DNA from: Diplonema japonicum
Lineage: Eukaryota; Protista; Euglenozoa: Diplonemea
DNA length: 64,000 bases
Direction of reading: 5' to 3'
Assembly (NCBI GenBank): GCA_964019335.1
Contig: OZ025735.1
Coordinates: 1-64,000, forward strand
Notes under the pieces: model-generated
What the model saw: the letters and a program-made list of their open reading frames with translations, nothing else
Database searches by the model: none
Told to the model about the DNA's origin: nothing
Program-made: the position numbers and the translations under genes
In this document: one piece after another, positions 59,055-64,000 of the stretch
How the letters are laid out: every line of letters begins with the position of its first letter
How positions within the stretch are numbered: position 1 is the first letter of the stretch

Positions 59055-60884
59055 GTATGAAAAGGGGAGGAAAAATAGGGGAGAAAAAAATAAAGGCTTG
59101 GGCCTGCGAACTGCCCCCCGAAAAGCAAAGTAAACAAAAGTGACACTCCCATCATGTGGATTTTTTGATCACCCCTCCCCCCAGTCTTTTTTATTGTCAT
59201 GTCAATTTATTTTTGTTTCCTTTTAAGATTATTACCCCCCCACCATTTTTATCTGTTTACACACCTTTTTCTTTTTTTCTCTCTTGCTTTGCTTTGTTCC
59301 CTTCCACCACTCCCCCATTTGTTTTTTTTTTCCTTTTTTTTTCTTTTCTGGGTTTGAAAGAAAGATAGGAAACACAGGGGGAAAAAAAGAAAGAAAAACA
59401 GGAGAGAGAAAGAAAAAAAAAAAAGAAAGGCCCCTTTTCTCTTTTTTTTCACTACTCCCTATTGGTTTAACAAGGGGTACATACACGGGGCTATTTTTTT
59501 TTCTTTTATATATTTCTCTCTCTTTTATTTTTTTTGTTTTGTTTTCCCCTCTTTCTTTTTTTTTTTCTTCAAAGGGAAGGGACGGTTGTCTGCAGGTCAA
59601 CTGGGTAATTTAGTTCATCCTTGTGTGCTAATTATATGTTCGCAGTTATCTGGGGGGGGGGGGGGGGGGGGGGAAGGAATTAAAATTCCCGCCAGGGGTC
59701 GGTCCCGGCACACAAGGGAAGGAACAAAAACAAAAAACACTTTTTTTATTTATTTCCCCAGTCCTTTCTTGATTTTTTTTGCACTTGTCCCCACCCCTAA
59801 AAAAAGACTTTTTTCCATTGTTGAAAAAAAAAAAAGAAAAAAAAAAGATTTACTGGTAAGTAGCCGAGGATCCATAAAACCCCTGGCTCCCAACACCACA
59901 TCTTTAGACAAGGAAGGGGGAAAAAAAAAAGATGATATGGTTTTCCCTATTAAATAGAAGAACTGGGGATGAAGGAAAATGAAATAGCAACACAGTAGCC
60001 AACGTATTTCAGTTATACTTTTCCCCCTCCCCTCCCCCCCCCCCCCTTTTTTATTGAACATTGATATTTTTATTGTGTAGAAAATGATTTTCTGTCTTTT
60101 GGCGAGAATAAAAGGGTTTTTTTTTTTTTTTTTTTTTTTTTTTTCTAACAAGGAAACCCGACCCCGAGGAACTTAAGAAGGGAAAGGAGGAAGAAGTGCT
60201 TGCCTTAGCTTCGAAGAGCCTTTCTTTCTTCTTTCTTTTTTTCACTTTTTCTTCTTTCCTCTTTCTATCCAATTCACTCCCCCATTCCCTAGAAATTACC
60301 GAAAAGAATATTGCTCAAAGGTCAGAGATTTTACAGGCAACGAAAGGCAGTTCTTTTTTTTTCCCCTATTTTCTTTTTTCTTGTCTTTTCCCCCTCTCCT
60401 TTTTCTACCCTCTTAGGTGTTGCTGCATTCCTGTTGCATTTCACCTAAGCAGTAGGGAAAATCGAGTTGAACAAAAAAAAAAAAAAGAGGGAAAACAAAA
60501 AGAAAAAAAAAAAGGAATAAAAAGAATAGGCGAAGAAGGTGGAGTGGAACAAAAAAAAAATAATAATAATAATAATAAAGGGAAAAAAAAAAAAGACACG
60601 CCGGCAAGAAATTACTCATTTTCTTCCCCCCCCCCCCCCCTCCTAATATCCCCCATTTCCCCCCTATCCCACGGTGTGGTGGTAGGGGCGGGGGAGAAAA
60701 AAAATACCTACCCCCCCACACACACACCCCCCCCTCTGAAAGAAAAAAAAAAGAAAGAAATATGGTTTTGGTTGGTACTTTTTTTTTTTCCTTTCGTTTT
60801 TTTATTCTTTTTTTCAAAAAAATAATCGTCTCAAGGGGGGGGGGGGGGGAAGGGGAAAAAAAAAAGAAAAGAAAAAAAAAAGAA

Positions 60885-62609
60885 ATGGCGGTTTTAAAGC
60901 ACCGCTCAAGCGATGACGAGCTGGAAATGCAAAACTTAAACCTGCAGATGACAGCAAGCAGCGACACAGTTGGTGTGAGGCTGCTGGACGACCACTGCCC
61001 GCTACCAGACTTCGATCTGATGCCAGATCGGATACACCCCTTCGTCCGCGCAAGCGAAAAGGTCGGTGTACGCTGCAGGGTAGTCGCAAGTATACTAACT
61101 AACGAGCTCCAAGAAAAAATGCAGGCCGAGAGGATAACGGACGACGAAGCCTCAGAGACACCTGTGTTCAACGCATCAAGGTTCTTGTGGGAATTCTTCT
61201 CGCATCTCTTCCAACCTATCTGTCTCCCTATCACATTGTACGTTGACGGCTTCACCGGCGCACGAAACAAATATCTTTGGGCACCATGTTGCCAAGACTC
61301 CTGGAAATTCCCAACATTCATCAGCACCTTTCCTTTGTGGGTCATCACTGCACTTTTTCTATGGATTGCGTACGACCTGGAAGAGCTAACAGTGGATGTG
61401 GTGACCATGCTTCTCCTTTACGTGTACAGAAATCTTGTTATAGCTACTAAATACGCATTTTACAATGAAGAGGATTACACCGCACTGCATACGATTCCGG
61501 GTATTGCACTAGACAAACATCTGCTGGCATCATGGAGCGACGCGAATGACAAATTGATTTACGAAGAGATGCAAGCAGCCATGAGAAAGACAAAGGTTGA
61601 TTTGAGGAATCAAGTTTTCTATCTCGAACAGCCGTCGTCGGTATGCCTTGTAGATGAATCAGAAGACCATTTTGTGGATGCGGAGCGTGCGAACGCTACA
61701 AACAGGCTTTTCATGGTGGCCGCAGAGGACGTTTTGAAATCGATTTTAAAGTACAGCCTGCGGGAGTCCGATTTATTCAGGCAGCGTGTATCTGCAGTGG
61801 GCCGTCTATCGAACCTCATTGTGCTACTCGCGATGTGGTTCCCTTTCAAGGACTATTATGATGACTTCGATAAGATCACGTATCTTGCGAAGGCGATTAA
61901 CACTTTTGCTATGCTGTTCTGTTGGTGGTCGATGTACTTGTTCCTGATGGCAGGGGTCATTCACTACCATCGTTTGTACCAAATCCTCGCCACACTACGA
62001 TGGGTGGTGGGGTACACACCATCTTCTGGAGGAGCGCTTCCCGTCAATAAAATATCGTTGCAAATTGCTGAAAACACATACACGTGGTTTGACTGCAGAT
62101 TGGTGTCTCTCGAGATAGGGTACCGCTTCAAGAGCAGGATCACTGTTTATATTCTGGGCACGCTTGTGATTCTGTCTGCTGCGGTAATTGGCGTCGTTTT
62201 CGGGTACTTTGGTGGTTATATTTTCCCTCCCAGAGTGGTTCTCACTGTGTTGCTCGTTGTCAGCTTTGCCGCAGGATGCATCGCATTCCTCATCGCCTGC
62301 GCCGCGTCCACAAATTTCCTTCAAAAACAGCACGCGGCGGTCATTTCAATGGAAAAATTGCGTATCCGATCCCTCATGCTCTCCCTTTCTGACTCAGAGA
62401 GCGATCGGCGTATTTGCAGCGAGCTAGAAACTGCGATAAGAACCCTCAACGATGTCATAGGAGGCATCGAGGGCCTCAATGACTACCAACCTGTTAAAGT
62501 GTTCGGTGTCCGTGCCAATTTTGAAATGGTAGGTAAATTTGTCACTACCTTCGGTACCGCTGCTGCTTTCGGTATCAGGCTCTTCATTGACAGCTTGGCT
62601 ACACAATGA
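60885..62609 (+). CDS. Polytopic membrane protein, PHTF-like / 7TM ion channel (7TMIC) superfamily candidate
   Basis: About 7 hydrophobic segments. ISLQIAENTYTWFDCR, AASTN..K....I..EKL and terminal QPVKVFGVRANFEM parallel the PHTF C-terminal region. Confidence 0.5.
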   Translation: MAVLKHRSSDDELEMQNLNLQMTASSDTVGVRLLDDHCPLPDFDLMPDRIHPFVRASEKVGVRCRVVASILTNELQEKMQAERITDDEASETPVFNASRFLWEFFSHLFQPICLPITLYVDGFTGARNKYLWAPCCQDSWKFPTFISTFPLWVITALFLWIAYDLEELTVDVVTMLLLYVYRNLVIATKYAFYNEEDYTALHTIPGIALDKHLLASWSDANDKLIYEEMQAAMRKTKVDLRNQVFYLEQPSSVCLVDESEDHFVDAERANATNRLFMVAAEDVLKSILKYSLRESDLFRQRVSAVGRLSNLIVLLAMWFPFKDYYDDFDKITYLAKAINTFAMLFCWWSMYLFLMAGVIHYHRLYQILATLRWVVGYTPSSGGALPVNKISLQIAENTYTWFDCRLVSLEIGYRFKSRITVYILGTLVILSAAVIGVVFGYFGGYIFPPRVVLTVLLVVSFAAGCIAFLIACAASTNFLQKQHAAVISMEKLRIRSLMLSLSDSESDRRICSELETAIRTLNDVIGGIEGLNDYQPVKVFGVRANFEMVGKFVTTFGTAAAFGIRLFIDSLATQ

Positions 62610-63423
62610 GGAGGGGTGGTGGGGAGTATTTTTTTTTTTTTTCCTTTCCCCCCTCTTTTCTGAGAGGGGGGGGTTTTTTTTTGGTGTTGTAAACTTTTTC
62701 TCTTTTTTTTGTTGGGGGGGTGTGCATAATTTGTTACGAAACATGGGGACCCGTTTTATTGTCTTCACACCTCCTCCTCCCCCCCTCCCCCCTCTTACCC
62801 TTACCTAACCTAAGTCTGGTAGAGGTAGGAGGGCCGTTACCAAGGCTCTCTTTACCCCCACCCCCCCCTCCCAGTGTTGGGATGGGTTCGTTTAGTCTTT
62901 TTTCTCTCTTTTTTTTTTTTTTTTTTTTTTACTTAGATGCATTGTATGATTCTTTAAAACTTGCCTAACCCGCTGCCTTTTTCTTTCTTTCTTTTTTTTT
63001 TAAATGTCTCTTTTTCGTTTCTTCCCCCCCCCCTTTTTTTTAAAAAAGAGGTTTTCGCTACCCGTGTTACCTGCCTTCAGCGGGGCCTAGGGCCTCTAAG
63101 AAGCCTCTTTTTCTTTCTTTTTTGTGTCGGGAAAAGTACTCTCCAAGACGCTAGCAGGAGCCGTTGAAGGGTGTCTCTCGCCTGAAGAGACTGCACCTGG
63201 AGGAGTCGCGAGATATGTCCGAAACTGAGATACCTAGTACCATACCCCCTTCCCTTTTTAGGGCATGCAGCTTTCGTCTCAGGGAGCCTGCATGTTAATT
63301 TGAATTTTTTTTTCTGCCGCCATCTCAGCTGTGCTTACATTTTTTTTTTCTTCTTATTCCATTCTCAACAACTAGCCCCACTTTCTTCTTTAAGTCATCC
63401 CCCCCCCCCCCCTTCCCCCCCAG

Positions 63424-63589
63424 GGCTATGCTGGCAAGAAACGGGGAAACGTTTCCGTTTCCTTAGCCGTTTCCCTATTTTTCAGATACTTAAGGAAACG
63501 ACCCCCAAAGTAAGGAAATGTTTCCGTTTCCTTTTTTTTTTTTTTTTAAAAACCCAAGCTTGGATACGCGTTTCCTTGCCAGCATAGCC
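63424..63589. mobile_element. MITE copy 2 with 15-bp TIR GGCTATGCTGGCAAG
   Basis: ggctatgctggcaag ... cttgccagcatagcc, with internal GGAAACG/CGTTTCC repeats. Confidence 0.75.
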
Positions 63590-64000
63590 GCCCCCCCGGT
63601 TGCTACCACTTCCGTTCTGGCTTGTACAAACAATAGCCTACTCTTCCCCCCCTCTCCCCCCTTCTGTATTTTTAAATTACTGTAAGTCGACTAGTTTAGG
63701 AGTTCTATCCCATCTTTCGGCACCGGGCATCTGTTGACACCGTTTTTTTTTTCTCTTTTGGTGGGTCGTTGCTAATACTTCTCCCCCCCCCCCCCCCCCA
63801 TAGTAACTATCTTCTTCAGGGTTTTACCAGTTTGTTTTATATGCAGCTCATAGCCCCCTTCTCCCTTTCCTTTCTTTTTTTGAAATAGCGAAATGGTTTT
63901 TATTGGTGCTGTCTGTCATGTGTATCTTTTATATAAAAAAAAGGGAAATAAAACCTCCCAAGCAACCTTGTGGCGCAACTTCGTCTTCTTCTCTGTCGCC

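Overview
Eukaryotic (protist) nuclear DNA, most consistent with a euglenozoan of diplomenid/diplonemid type; the taxon is inferred, not shown. Three zones. (1) About 1-14.9 kb is repeat-rich: decayed ingi/I-clade LINE fragments (APE, RT thumb, RNase H start, CCHC tail), nested hAT-like MITEs, a Crypton-like tyrosine-recombinase remnant between long hairpins, two perfect minisatellites, a DUF4166-like gene and a mucin/EGF surface-protein gene. Repeat copies here differ mainly by CpG>TpG/CpA changes, which points to targeted CpG methylation. (2) About 15-51 kb is an ultra-compact array of roughly 27 genes, all on the + strand, with spacers as short as about 50 nt. It includes TMEM18, presenilin, SERCA, a desaturase, SWEET, ERGIC3, TXNDC12, NTMT1, a giant DGAT2 fusion, ARD, syntaxin-16 and NDUFB9. 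These genes carry 31-42 nt GT(ATG)-AG micro-introns with an A/C-rich 3' tract instead of a polypyrimidine tract, and the same tract+AG precedes many start codons (probable trans-splice acceptors). (3) About 51-64 kb is homopolymer-swollen, still with + strand genes (zf-MYND, RING, PHTF/7TMIC-like) and a MITE pair. All family assignments come from motif recognition by eye; no searches were run.
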